Positions 43,419 to 52,342 of a stretch of DNA of 53,241 bases are shown in pieces. Position 1 is the stretch's first letter. Every line of letters starts with the position of its first letter. The stretch lies in the IMG/VR virus record IMGVR_UViG_3300007619_000003, positions 1-53,241 of that record. One strand, given 5' to 3'. The position numbers and the translations under genes were made by a program. The notes beneath the pieces were generated by a model. That model searched no databases. It was given only the letters and a program-made list of their open reading frames with translations, and had not been told where the DNA came from. This DNA comes from a virus (Duplodnaviria > Caudoviricetes).

Positions 43419-44422
43419 TGACCGAGCCCATCGACTTCGACACCATCGGCCAACTCGGCCGGGCGCTGTTCGCCCAGCTCGCGCCGATGAGCGGCTCGCG
43501 CGCGACGGGTACCGCGACCCTGACGAACGAGACGGGCTCCGACGTCGACGTCCCCGCCGGGACCTATCTCCGCCCCAACGTAGGCGGGGAGGCGCGGGAG
43601 CACCGCCTCTACAAGGTGGCGCCGAACCCGGCGACGATCTCGTCCGGAACCATCGCGAGCGGTCAGTGGTGCGGCGGCGAGTGGACAATCCCTGCGAGCG
43701 GGAGCGGGAGCGTGAGCGTCCAGAGCAACGTGGGCGGCGCTCATCAGAACCTGCCGGCGGGCTCCAGCTTTCGCTTCCTCCGCCCCGTCACGGGCATCGC
43801 GGCCGCGGCGACGCTCGACGCCGCGATCACGAACGGTACGAACTCGAGCATCCTCGTCGGTCCGGCTCTCCTGACGCGCTTCGTCTTCTGGGAGCAGTTG
43901 ACGGCGGGGCAGTCGGCGTCGGAGTTCTTCCGCGCCGGCGCCGGCTCGTTCCCCGCCCTGCTCCTGGTCTGGACGCAGAGCCAGACGCTGCAGGGTCGAA
44001 CGAGCGGAGGCAAGCAGGGCTCGACGCGGCTCGCTCGGGGCGACCGGGCGTTCCGGGAGTCGTTTACCGCGTACATCGGGACCGGGCTCGTCGGCTCCGC
44101 CGAGCAGCGGCGGGAGCAGGGGCTCGTCGCTATGCAGACCGCGACTCGGCTACTCACGGACCGGCAGAACAACCGGGACATGGAACCGCTCTCGACGATG
44201 GGGGCAGGCGTGGAGATCACGAACCGTTCGCTGGCGGTCGCAGGGCAGTCGCACTTCATCTACTCGTTCGAGTTCGAGCTGAATACCGTTCTATCGAAGC
44301 TCGAGGAGCGGACGTTCGGCGACTGGGACGTCAACGCGATCCAGGCGAAGCTCCCCGCCGGCGAAGCGCCGGAGCCGACGACGCCGCTGACCATCGTCGA
44401 CGTCGCAGACGACATGTCCTGA
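43418..44422 (+). CDS. Putative tail terminator (Mu gp37-like position) with an inserted baseplate-J-like beta domain
   Basis: N-terminal ATGTATLT...VPAGT...G..QNLPAG...ITNG; C-terminal FPALLLVW...YSFEFEL; lies between gpG and sheath. Confidence 0.55.
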   Translation: MTEPIDFDTIGQLGRALFAQLAPMSGSRATGTATLTNETGSDVDVPAGTYLRPNVGGEAREHRLYKVAPNPATISSGTIASGQWCGGEWTIPASGSGSVSVQSNVGGAHQNLPAGSSFRFLRPVTGIAAAATLDAAITNGTNSSILVGPALLTRFVFWEQLTAGQSASEFFRAGAGSFPALLLVWTQSQTLQGRTSGGKQGSTRLARGDRAFRESFTAYIGTGLVGSAEQRREQGLVAMQTATRLLTDRQNNRDMEPLSTMGAGVEITNRSLAVAGQSHFIYSFEFELNTVLSKLEERTFGDWDVNAIQAKLPAGEAPEPTTPLTIVDVADDMS

Positions 44423-44474
44423 GTCTACGGCTCCGGCGAGTTCCTTGAGGGGGGCAGGCGCGTGGCGTACCCTT
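44420..44474 (+). promoter_or_regulatory. Late promoter copy 2: TGAGTCTACGGCtCCGGCGAGTTCc-TTGAGG-N17-TACCCT
   Basis: Near-identical to the element at 37726. Confidence 0.75.
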
Positions 44475-44481
44475 GTGGTCG

Positions 44482-44868
44482 ATGGCTACCGCGCCCGCGC
44501 CCAAGTTCGCCCTCTTCGTCTCCTCCGTCGCGGGGAAGCTCGTCAGGCGGTACGGAACGGCGGTTCACATCGGCGCCCGGGCGGAAGTGCTCAACCCGCA
44601 AGAAGAGGACCCGTCTCGCCACCGGTACAAGTACCGCTACCAGACGAGCGACATCGTCGCGATCCCCGAAGCGGAGTTCGCCCGCTATCGGAGGGAGTAC
44701 ACCCGCGCGCTCTCCGACGGCTCGCTGAGAAAGCGGAGCGCCCAGGAGTGGCAGGCGCAGATCGACGAGGCGACGAGAGCCTCCGAAGAGGCCGCCAAGA
44801 GCAAGGCCGAGAAGAAGAAGAAGACCGAGGCCGAGTCTCAGAAGGCCGCCGGAGGTAGGACCAAATGA
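44482..44868 (+). CDS. Hypothetical protein upstream of the sheath (Mu gp38-like position)
   Basis: EYTRALSDGSL motif; ATGA overlap with the sheath gene. Confidence 0.7.
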   Translation: MATAPAPKFALFVSSVAGKLVRRYGTAVHIGARAEVLNPQEEDPSRHRYKYRYQTSDIVAIPEAEFARYRREYTRALSDGSLRKRSAQEWQAQIDEATRASEEAAKSKAEKKKKTEAESQKAAGGRTK

Positions 44869-46376
44869 CCATCGCGAAAGCCGTCGCCTCGAGCGTCAAG
44901 ACACCCGGGCTCTACCAGACCGTCAACCTACTCGGCGGCGCGTCGAACCCGGGGCTCAGCTCGCTCCGCGTTCTCATCATCAGCCCGCCGAATACCAGCG
45001 GCGGAGACATCACCCCGAACACGGAGGTCCGCGAGGTCTTCGGCCCGGACGATGTCGCGACGGCTCTCGGCTCCGGGAACCCGGGTCATCTCGCGTCGAA
45101 GCGGCTCTTCGGTCACCACGGCATCGCGAGCTGCGACGTCATCGCTCCGGCGGAGAGCGCCGGCGCGGCCGCGACGGAGACCCAGACGTTCAGCGGGACG
45201 GCGACGGAGAACTCGACGCTCCGCTTCCGCATCCATGGACGAACCGCCGACGTCTCATGGCTGTCGGGTGAGGCTTCGACCGCGTTCGTCGCGCGAGCGG
45301 TCCCCATCATCAACGCCCTCGGTGCGGACCTCTTCCCTACCGCGGCGGCAAATATCTCCGACATCGACTATACCGCGAAGTCGAAGGGCCCCTGGGGGAA
45401 CGACGTCCGGATCAACGTCTCCGTCATCGAGGGCGGCGGCGGCATCACCATCTCCGCGAACCCGGCGACACTCGGGACCGGGACGACAGAGCCGAGCATC
45501 GCGACGGCCCTGACGAACATCGACACCCGGGAGTACGGCCTGATCGTTCTCTGCATCTCCAACGCGGACGCGACGGACGCGTCGAGCTCGTCGAATGGGG
45601 AGCTCCTCCGGGACCACATTCAGGGGCTGAATACCGGGAACGCGGCGAAGCTGCAGTTCGGGATCGTCGGCCACACGGGAGTGATCGCGGACGTCAAGGC
45701 CGGGGCGGCAGACCGGAACGCGGCCGAGATGGAGTACGTGTACGGTCAGACGTTCGAAGACTTGCCCTGCGAGCTCGCCGGCGCGGAAGCGGGAGACACC
45801 CTCCGGTTCGTCTCGCTCCGCGCGAACTACAACCGGATCGGGAACAAGCTCGACCTCTACGGCCCGGCCGACGTCGCGGTATCGAAGCCGACGGACGCGG
45901 AGGTCGAGGATCTGCTGCAGAGCGGCGTGACCCCGCTCAACTTCGAGCTGGGAACGAATGAGATCTTTCTCGTCCGCCCGATCACGACGCACTCGCTGAA
46001 CGGGGCCAATCCCGACTTCCGCGCTCTCGACGTCAGCGACATCCACGGCATCTATGCGGTCGCCCGCGATCTCCGGACGGCGACGCCCATCGAGTTCGCG
46101 AACGCGAGTATCAGTGAAGACCTCCCGCCGAATGCGGACCCGCTCCCCCCGGGTGTCGTCGAGCTCAAGGACGTTCGCGCGTTCGTCTTGTCGCGTATCG
46201 GCTTCTGGATCAAGCAGGGCGTCGTCAACCGGGCCGCGTTCCAGGCGGCGGTCGACGCGGGCGACTTCACCTTCGAGCTCGACGCGAGCGACCCGACGCA
46301 GGTGAACAACATCCTCCCGCTGAGTATCGTCAAGCCGCTCGCGAAGATCGGGAACGTCATCCAGAAGGTCGCCTGA
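44865..46376 (+). CDS. Mu gpL-like contractile tail sheath protein
   Basis: KTPGLY, TAKSKGPWGND, LLQSGVTPL, RPITT, DPTQVN; GGAGG RBS. Confidence 0.9.
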   Translation: MTIAKAVASSVKTPGLYQTVNLLGGASNPGLSSLRVLIISPPNTSGGDITPNTEVREVFGPDDVATALGSGNPGHLASKRLFGHHGIASCDVIAPAESAGAAATETQTFSGTATENSTLRFRIHGRTADVSWLSGEASTAFVARAVPIINALGADLFPTAAANISDIDYTAKSKGPWGNDVRINVSVIEGGGGITISANPATLGTGTTEPSIATALTNIDTREYGLIVLCISNADATDASSSSNGELLRDHIQGLNTGNAAKLQFGIVGHTGVIADVKAGAADRNAAEMEYVYGQTFEDLPCELAGAEAGDTLRFVSLRANYNRIGNKLDLYGPADVAVSKPTDAEVEDLLQSGVTPLNFELGTNEIFLVRPITTHSLNGANPDFRALDVSDIHGIYAVARDLRTATPIEFANASISEDLPPNADPLPPGVVELKDVRAFVLSRIGFWIKQGVVNRAAFQAAVDAGDFTFELDASDPTQVNNILPLSIVKPLAKIGNVIQKVA

Positions 46377-46400
46377 CGCGCGGCGCGAGGGAAGTAGACC

Positions 46401-46781
46401 ATGGCCACAGGCGAGCAAAAAAAATACCCGCAGTCCTTCATCGCGCAGGGACCCGGGGACTTCATCTCGGTTCAGAACTGGAACTCGACGACGACGAACA
46501 ACGCCAAACAGGTCCACACGCTTCGCGAGAAGGGCTCCGGCTACACGCTCGGGACCCAGGAGTCGACCACGAACTTCGACTGCGTCCTCTCCGAAGACGG
46601 GCCGGAGCGCAACTTCTGGCGGCAGTGCATCGAAGGTGAGCCCATTCAGCTGCGCCACAAGATCCCCGGTGGGGACGTCCACACCTACAACGGCGTCTAT
46701 CAGACGATCGCGACGGACGGTCCCCTCGACGACGCGACGAAGGTCAGCGTCACGTTCATCGGCCACCAGGAGAAGCCGTAG
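46401..46781 (+). CDS. Tail tube protein
   Basis: 126-aa beta-rich protein directly after the sheath. Confidence 0.75.
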   Translation: MATGEQKKYPQSFIAQGPGDFISVQNWNSTTTNNAKQVHTLREKGSGYTLGTQESTTNFDCVLSEDGPERNFWRQCIEGEPIQLRHKIPGGDVHTYNGVYQTIATDGPLDDATKVSVTFIGHQEKP

Positions 46782-46853
46782 GCTTTTCCAGCGGCGGTCA
46801 AGCTGACCCAAAAAAACAGCGGGGGAGCGGGCGTCGGGGCAAGGCCCGGCGCA

Positions 46854-46892
46854 GACGGGGCGCCTTCCGGCCGGAGGCGCCCCGTCGCTTTT
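46854..46892 (+). terminator. Rho-independent terminator
   Basis: GACGGGGCGCCT...AGGCGCCCCGTC stem followed by GCTTTT. Confidence 0.7.
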
Positions 46893-46914
46893 CCGCCCGC
46901 GTCGACCGCTCGGC

Positions 46915-46943
46915 TTGACGTCCAGAGTCTACGCGCGCAAGAT
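46915..46943 (+). promoter_or_regulatory. Promoter TTGACG-N17-CAAGAT containing the GAGTCTACG core
   Basis: Downstream of the terminator; shares 9 nt with the late-promoter element. Confidence 0.4.
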
Positions 46944-47014
46944 TATCGGAGGTAGCCCGTAGCGCCACCGAGTCCCCCCCCTCACGACCTACGGGCTGCC
47001 GCCTTTTCTTCCCG

Positions 47015-47701
47015 ATGGCCGACGACGAGATCCTGAGTCTACCGCTCCCCGACTTCGCGAAGCTCGGCGTGGTCGAGTCGAACGATCAGCTCTATCTCCC
47101 CGTAGAGGTCCGCCGCCGGACGAAGACCGGCGGGGTCGAGGCGGATGAAGTTCTTCTCTGTGAGCCGACGAACCGCCAGCGCTTCCAGGCGCGGGTCGAC
47201 GCGAGAGCCTACTGCAAGGCGCGGCAGCTCGACGCCGACCTGGACAAGGACCACTTCGAAAACATCGAGAACGTCGCGCTCCTGACGTACGCACTCCGGG
47301 ACAAGAAGACCCAGGGTCAGCTCGAACCGAACGTAGACTCGCTACTCGACCGCTACCACGACTCGACCCTGGCCGAACTCTGGGGAAAGCTCAACAAGTG
47401 GTGCGAGATGCTCGACCCCAGATTCGGCGAGCTCTCAAAAGAACGACTCTGGCAGGTGATCGAAGGGATGGCGCGCGGCAACCTACTCCCTTTAGTCGGT
47501 ATGCCCACCTACGCGCAGAGCACCTGTTTTTCACTTATGGCCGTGGAAGCCTGCAGCTCCCCGAACGCGCCCTCTTGGATCACCTCGTCAGGGACATCCA
47601 GTGCGGAGCCGTCGACCGAGAGTTCCTCGAGCGAGTCTTCGGCTCCGGCTTCTTCGACTAGTTCGTCCAAGGCGTCGAAGCGCCGGAGAAAGAAGGCTTA
47701 G
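47015..47701 (+). CDS. Tail assembly chaperone (0-frame product; -1 frameshift product ends at 47661)
   Basis: Between tube and tape measure; in-frame slippery C CCT TTA at 47488-47494. Confidence 0.75.
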   Translation: MADDEILSLPLPDFAKLGVVESNDQLYLPVEVRRRTKTGGVEADEVLLCEPTNRQRFQARVDARAYCKARQLDADLDKDHFENIENVALLTYALRDKKTQGQLEPNVDSLLDRYHDSTLAELWGKLNKWCEMLDPRFGELSKERLWQVIEGMARGNLLPLVGMPTYAQSTCFSLMAVEACSSPNAPSWITSSGTSSAEPSTESSSSESSAPASSTSSSKASKRRRKKA

Positions 47702-47926
47702 GTGGGTTTCCGGGAAGCGTTCGCGGACGGCCACCCCGGCTTCATCGACATGAAGGGGAAGCGCTGCGGCGTCGTCGTCGTCGTCGGGCGGGTAGAGAAC
47801 AACGGCGCCGGGACGGCTCGGTGGAAGTGTCGCTGCGACTGCGGCGCGGTCTTCGTCAAGACGGGGATCTCGCTCCGGGCGAAGCCGCCGAAGTCGTGCA
47901 AGTCGCATCGAGAGCGCCGGAGCTGA
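47702..47926 (+). CDS. Stand-alone WxCxCDCG zinc-binding module (homing-endonuclease-associated remnant)
   Basis: IDMKGKRCG...RWKCRCDCG...SLR...SC; no nuclease domain follows. Confidence 0.65.
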   Translation: MGFREAFADGHPGFIDMKGKRCGVVVVVGRVENNGAGTARWKCRCDCGAVFVKTGISLRAKPPKSCKSHRERRS

Positions 47927-48165
47927 TGCCCGTCGACGAGCGCTGGGCGTTCCCGCCCGCCCACTGCCCGAGCTGTACGCCCCAGGGAAGGAAGCTGCGC
48001 TTCCCCGCGTCCCCTGGTCAAGTCCGGCCCGAAGCGGGTGCCCGGGCCGTGATACTTTCCGGCATCGTCCCGCGTCTCCGAACGATTCTCATCGCCTTCG
48101 CGATCGCGCTGGCCGCCGGTCTGGGAACCGCCTGGCTGGTCTTCTGGTACCTGGTCGAGCGGTAG
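47926..48165 (+). CDS. Small membrane protein with CxxC
   Basis: TGATG coupling; HCPSC; C-terminal TM segment. Confidence 0.5.
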   Translation: MPVDERWAFPPAHCPSCTPQGRKLRFPASPGQVRPEAGARAVILSGIVPRLRTILIAFAIALAAGLGTAWLVFWYLVER

Positions 48166-48192
48166 CCGGGGCCCCGTGATACCCTCGGGGTC

Positions 48193-50247
48193 ATGCCAGC
48201 CGGTGAGGGCGAAGCCGCCGTCAAAGTCTCTCTCGACTCCGCCGAGTTCCTCGGGGAGCTCCGGAGGATGGCGACCGAGCTGAAGAAGGCCGGGGACGAG
48301 GGGAAGAAGAACTTCAAGGGGATCGGCGCCGGGGTCGACGCCGCGAAGGGGAAGATGCGCGAGATGGCCGGGACGGCGAAGACCGCCCTGAAGGCCGTCA
48401 TCTCGCTCGGCGGCGCGTTCTCGTTCGCTCAGGGGATCCGGGGAGCGACCGATCTCGACGCCCGGATGCGGGCGCTGGCCTTCCGCATCGAGGTCGCGAC
48501 GAAGAAGGGTCAGGACCACCGGGAGCTTCAGACCGAGCTCGAACGCGCGGCGGCGTCGACGTCCCGGACGACCGAGGAGATGGCGGGCGCGTTCGACGAG
48601 GTCTTCAGCGCGACCGGCAACCTACAGTTCAGCCGCCAGGTTCTCGGCGCGATCGGCGATACGGCGACCGCGACGAGCGAGAGCGTGCTCGACGTCGCGA
48701 CGGCGGCGCAGGTGATGCAGCGGAAGTTCGGCGTCTCCGCCGTCGAGATACGCGGCGCGCTCGCGTCGATCTTCGAAGGCGCAAAGCCTGGCGGGCCGAA
48801 GTTCACCGCGCTCGTCAACGTCATCGACACGCTCGGTGCGGCGGCGGTCCAGGCAGGGCTGAAGGGGAAGAAGGCGATGGACTTCATCATCGGCGCCGTT
48901 CAGGTGACCGACGAAAAGTTCGGCTCGCTCGGCCAGCAGGTGACCGGTATTCAGAACCTGCTGCTCAATCTGCAGCAGTCGAACCGACTGAAAGCGATCG
49001 CGAAGGAACTCGCCATCCCGGCGGACCAGCTGCTGAACGAGGGCGACTTCCTCGGCGTCATGCGGAAGATTCTGAGCAAGGGGCAAAAGGGACTCGACGA
49101 GCTGCGCGCGAAGTTCGTCGGACCGGAGGAGCAGAAGGCGCTCAAGATCCTGTTCACCCAGCCGTTCGAGGAAGCTCTCGAGCGCGCGAAGGCGAGCGGC
49201 CTCAAGGGCCGAGACGCCATCGACCAGGCGCTCGGGGTTCTCGACTCACGCATCGGGGAGTTCGGCAAGTCGACCCTGACAGCGGCGGACATCCAGAAGC
49301 GGGCGGCGGCGGAGGCGGAGCAGCCGCAGGCGCAGATGCGCAAAGCGCTCGAGACGCTCTCGAAGTCGTTTACTCAGCCGGAGATCATTCAGGGCGTCAA
49401 CGATCTCGCGAAGATGCTCCCCGGAGTAGCGAAGGCGCTCGGGTCGTTTCTCTCGTTCGCGGCGAAGCACCCCATCCTTGCCGGCGCTCTCGGCGTCGGG
49501 GGTAACGTCGGCCAGGCGTTCCTTCAGGGCTTCGTCCGGGAGGCGGTCGCGAAGGGCGTCGCACAGAAGGTCATGATGGGCCACGCGAAGGGCGGGATCG
49601 ATGCGGCCAAGAAGATCCTGACCGCCCACGTTACCGGCGGCTCGAGACTCAAGGGCGCACTGATCGGCGGCGGTGTACTCGCGGCGGCCGCCATCGCGGC
49701 GGCGTACGCGAAGGAAGCGATCGACGAAGCCGCCAACGAGGACGCGTCGGCGACGGGCGGGCTCTCCATCGCCCGCGCGAAGGCCGCGTCCCGGACGGGC
49801 TCTATCGAGGAGCAGGAGAAGCAAGCGCGTCTCCTAGAGGCCGCCATCAACCGGGCGAAGGCGAGCGAGAGTTCGACCATCACGAGACTCGGCAAGGGCG
49901 CGGCGGACCTCTTCGGCGGCGAGGGCGACTATGGGTTCGACCAGACGGCGGACGAGATCGCCCGGGCTGAGCGCGACCTCCGCGAGAAGCGGGCCTTCAT
50001 CGAGCAGCAGAAGAACCCGACGGTTGCCGCGGCCGCTCCCGCGGCGCCCGCCGCGGCGCCGGCGACGGTCGCTCTCGACAACATGGCCTCGCGGCTCATC
50101 GCAACAGCTACGGCCGACGCGATGGGGGCTCGTGTTCTCAACGTCCGACTCGTCAACTCCCCGGGCGGGATCGGGGCGTCCGCGCGGAGCGTTGGCGGTC
50201 GCGGCCCGCTGCGGGTTCCGGAGCCGGCGCAGGGCGGAGGTATCTGA
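48193..50247 (+). CDS. Tape measure protein
   Basis: 684 aa, Ala/Gly-rich helical with hydrophobic segments; position after the chaperone. Confidence 0.88.
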   Translation: MPAGEGEAAVKVSLDSAEFLGELRRMATELKKAGDEGKKNFKGIGAGVDAAKGKMREMAGTAKTALKAVISLGGAFSFAQGIRGATDLDARMRALAFRIEVATKKGQDHRELQTELERAAASTSRTTEEMAGAFDEVFSATGNLQFSRQVLGAIGDTATATSESVLDVATAAQVMQRKFGVSAVEIRGALASIFEGAKPGGPKFTALVNVIDTLGAAAVQAGLKGKKAMDFIIGAVQVTDEKFGSLGQQVTGIQNLLLNLQQSNRLKAIAKELAIPADQLLNEGDFLGVMRKILSKGQKGLDELRAKFVGPEEQKALKILFTQPFEEALERAKASGLKGRDAIDQALGVLDSRIGEFGKSTLTAADIQKRAAAEAEQPQAQMRKALETLSKSFTQPEIIQGVNDLAKMLPGVAKALGSFLSFAAKHPILAGALGVGGNVGQAFLQGFVREAVAKGVAQKVMMGHAKGGIDAAKKILTAHVTGGSRLKGALIGGGVLAAAAIAAAYAKEAIDEAANEDASATGGLSIARAKAASRTGSIEEQEKQARLLEAAINRAKASESSTITRLGKGAADLFGGEGDYGFDQTADEIARAERDLREKRAFIEQQKNPTVAAAAPAAPAAAPATVALDNMASRLIATATADAMGARVLNVRLVNSPGGIGASARSVGGRGPLRVPEPAQGGGI

Positions 50248-51209
50248 TGGCTCAAGCTCGCTCGTCTCAATCACAGTACGCCGTCGGTAGCTGGCAGGTC
50301 GGCGACGGCCAGAAGATCTTCTTCCCCGTCCTCTCGGTCTCCGACCAGATCGGCAATCGGCTCGTCGAGCACGAGCGGCCGAACCGCGCCGGCGCAAAGA
50401 TTCAGAGCACGGGCTCGAAGGCTCGGCGTTGGTCGCTCAGCTGCATCTTCAGTACGCAGATGACGGAGCCCGGAGCCGATAACGATCGTCCGCTCTTCCC
50501 CGACGTCTATCGACTCCTGCAGCGCTCGTTCGACGAACAGGAGACCGGGAATCTGGTCGTCCCGGGGCTTGGTCTCATCCGCGCCCGGGCGGAGACGATG
50601 AACGGGACGGAGACGTTCGACGAGATCGACACCGTCCGCCCGGAGCTCGTCTTCGTCCAGGACAACGAGGACTCGCTCGACCGCTCACTCATCCGCCCGC
50701 CGACGGCCCGGGCAACGACGCGGCGCCAGGCGGAGCAGACGGTCTTCACGGCTCAGGCGGTAGGCGGCCACGATACGGACCTCGACGGGCTCGTCGAGCT
50801 CGCGGCGAACCTAGAGGGTGCGCTTCAGGAGCCGGGGCGCTCCATCAACAAGGTTCAGACGCAGGTCCGGCGGAACCGGCGAGCCATCCAGAGGATCCAG
50901 AGGGCGGGGACGCAGGTCGGGCGGGACGTCTCCGGACCGTTCTCCGACCCGCGCGGAAGCGCGGCGGAGCGCCAGCTCGTCATTCTCCGCGACCGCCAGG
51001 CGGCGGCGGCGAGCGAGCGGAGCCGGTCCCTGCCTCGGACGATTCCGATCACGGTCGACGTTCCTCAGACGACCATCTTCGACATCGCGGCTCGCTACCG
51101 TCAGGCGGCGGACGTCCTGCTAGACTTGAACGACGCGGGGATCGCGGACCCGTTTTTCTTGCGGCGCGGGGACGTGGTCCTCGTGTACCTGACCGACCCT
51201 CAGGCATGA
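50247..51209 (+). CDS. Mu gpN-like DNA circularisation/tail protein with LysM-like C-terminus
   Basis: GNRLVEHERPNR.GA..QSTG.KARRW, GNLVVPGLG; TIFDIAARY...LLDLN...IADPFFL. Confidence 0.85.
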   Translation: MAQARSSQSQYAVGSWQVGDGQKIFFPVLSVSDQIGNRLVEHERPNRAGAKIQSTGSKARRWSLSCIFSTQMTEPGADNDRPLFPDVYRLLQRSFDEQETGNLVVPGLGLIRARAETMNGTETFDEIDTVRPELVFVQDNEDSLDRSLIRPPTARATTRRQAEQTVFTAQAVGGHDTDLDGLVELAANLEGALQEPGRSINKVQTQVRRNRRAIQRIQRAGTQVGRDVSGPFSDPRGSAAERQLVILRDRQAAAASERSRSLPRTIPITVDVPQTTIFDIAARYRQAADVLLDLNDAGIADPFFLRRGDVVLVYLTDPQA

Positions 51210-52342
51210 CCGACACCGTCACCCTCGAAGCGAACGGCGTCGGCGGGCCGAGCTTCGTCACCTTCGCCGTCGAGGGCTTCACCAGCGTCAGCATCCGCAA
51301 CTCCATCGTCGAGCCCGCAGAGGTCTCGGTCGAGCTCGGCGATGATACGGGCTGGGACCGTCTCTCCTCCCTGACCGGGCTCGGCTCGGAGTACCAGGTG
51401 TACGTCAACGACCGACCGAGGATGCGCGGCCGCGTCGAGGCCGTCGACTCCCCTACCGACGCCGGGAAGGGAACCGTCCAGCGCCTGGTCGTTCGAACGA
51501 AGCTCTCCGACGCGATCTATTCGAGCGCGCCGGCGGGCATCCGGATGCGAGACATCACCATCAAGGACTTCATCCTTTCCTGCTACGCGTCCGTGGGCCT
51601 GACCGAGACGGACTTCGACTTCCGCGGCGACGTCTCCCGCGACCTGATGACGGGGCGCGGGTCCCGCGGTCAGCGCCCGCCGATCGCCATCGAGCGCATC
51701 AAGACCGACCAGGCGAAGGTACAGCCGAACGAGACCATCTTCGTCGCCGTCGATCGGCATCTCCGGCGCCACGGCTTCCTACACTTTGACGGCGCTGACG
51801 GCCGGATCGTCGTCGCCGCTCCGGATGACCAGCAAGACCCGCTCTACTTCTTCCGGGCGTACAAGGAGCGTCAGCTCGCTCAGGTCAACAACGTGGTCTC
51901 CGTCCAGCGCGGACTCGACGTCAGCGGGTCGCCTACCCACCTCGGCGTCTTCGGCAAGAGCTGGAAGGCGGACTTCACGAAGGCGAAGATCGGGAGCGTC
52001 CTATTCAACCCCGACCTGATCGCCGCCGGATTCAACCGTCGTATCGTCATCATCGACGAGGGGCTCCGGTCGCGAGCGTTCGCCGAGCGCCGAGCCAGTC
52101 GCGAGTTCGCCGCGCGCAACAGAGGGCTCGAGCGGCTGACCATCGTCTCCGACGGGCTATCGTATCGCGAGGGCGGCGACGTCATCCCGTTCGCGCCGGA
52201 TACCGTCGCCGACGTGCTGGTCAGCGAGATGGGAGGAGCGCTCGGCGCCTACTTCGTGGAGAGCGTTCAGATGGATCGGAGCGCGTCCGGCGGCGACCTG
52301 ACGACGCTGGTCATGGTTCGGCAGGGAGTCTGGGAACTGTGA
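51206..52342 (+). CDS. Mu gpP/gp44-like baseplate hub protein
   Basis: SVSIRNSI, VYVND...GRVE, KVQPNETIF, FAPDTVADV, YFVESV. Confidence 0.82.
   Translation: MTDTVTLEANGVGGPSFVTFAVEGFTSVSIRNSIVEPAEVSVELGDDTGWDRLSSLTGLGSEYQVYVNDRPRMRGRVEAVDSPTDAGKGTVQRLVVRTKLSDAIYSSAPAGIRMRDITIKDFILSCYASVGLTETDFDFRGDVSRDLMTGRGSRGQRPPIAIERIKTDQAKVQPNETIFVAVDRHLRRHGFLHFDGADGRIVVAAPDDQQDPLYFFRAYKERQLAQVNNVVSVQRGLDVSGSPTHLGVFGKSWKADFTKAKIGSVLFNPDLIAAGFNRRIVIIDEGLRSRAFAERRASREFAARNRGLERLTIVSDGLSYREGGDVIPFAPDTVADVLVSEMGGALGAYFVESVQMDRSASGGDLTTLVMVRQGVWEL

Noticed and set aside
45255-46811. Long antisense ORFs in the ORF track (also 5773-7056, 7372-8661, 11135-12616, 17423-18805, 30062-31336)
   Set aside because: They are shadow frames of well-supported genes in high-GC DNA, Arg/Pro-rich and without motifs
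47702-47926. Active HNH/AP2 homing endonuclease
   Set aside because: Only the N-terminal CxCDCG module is present, with no nuclease domain
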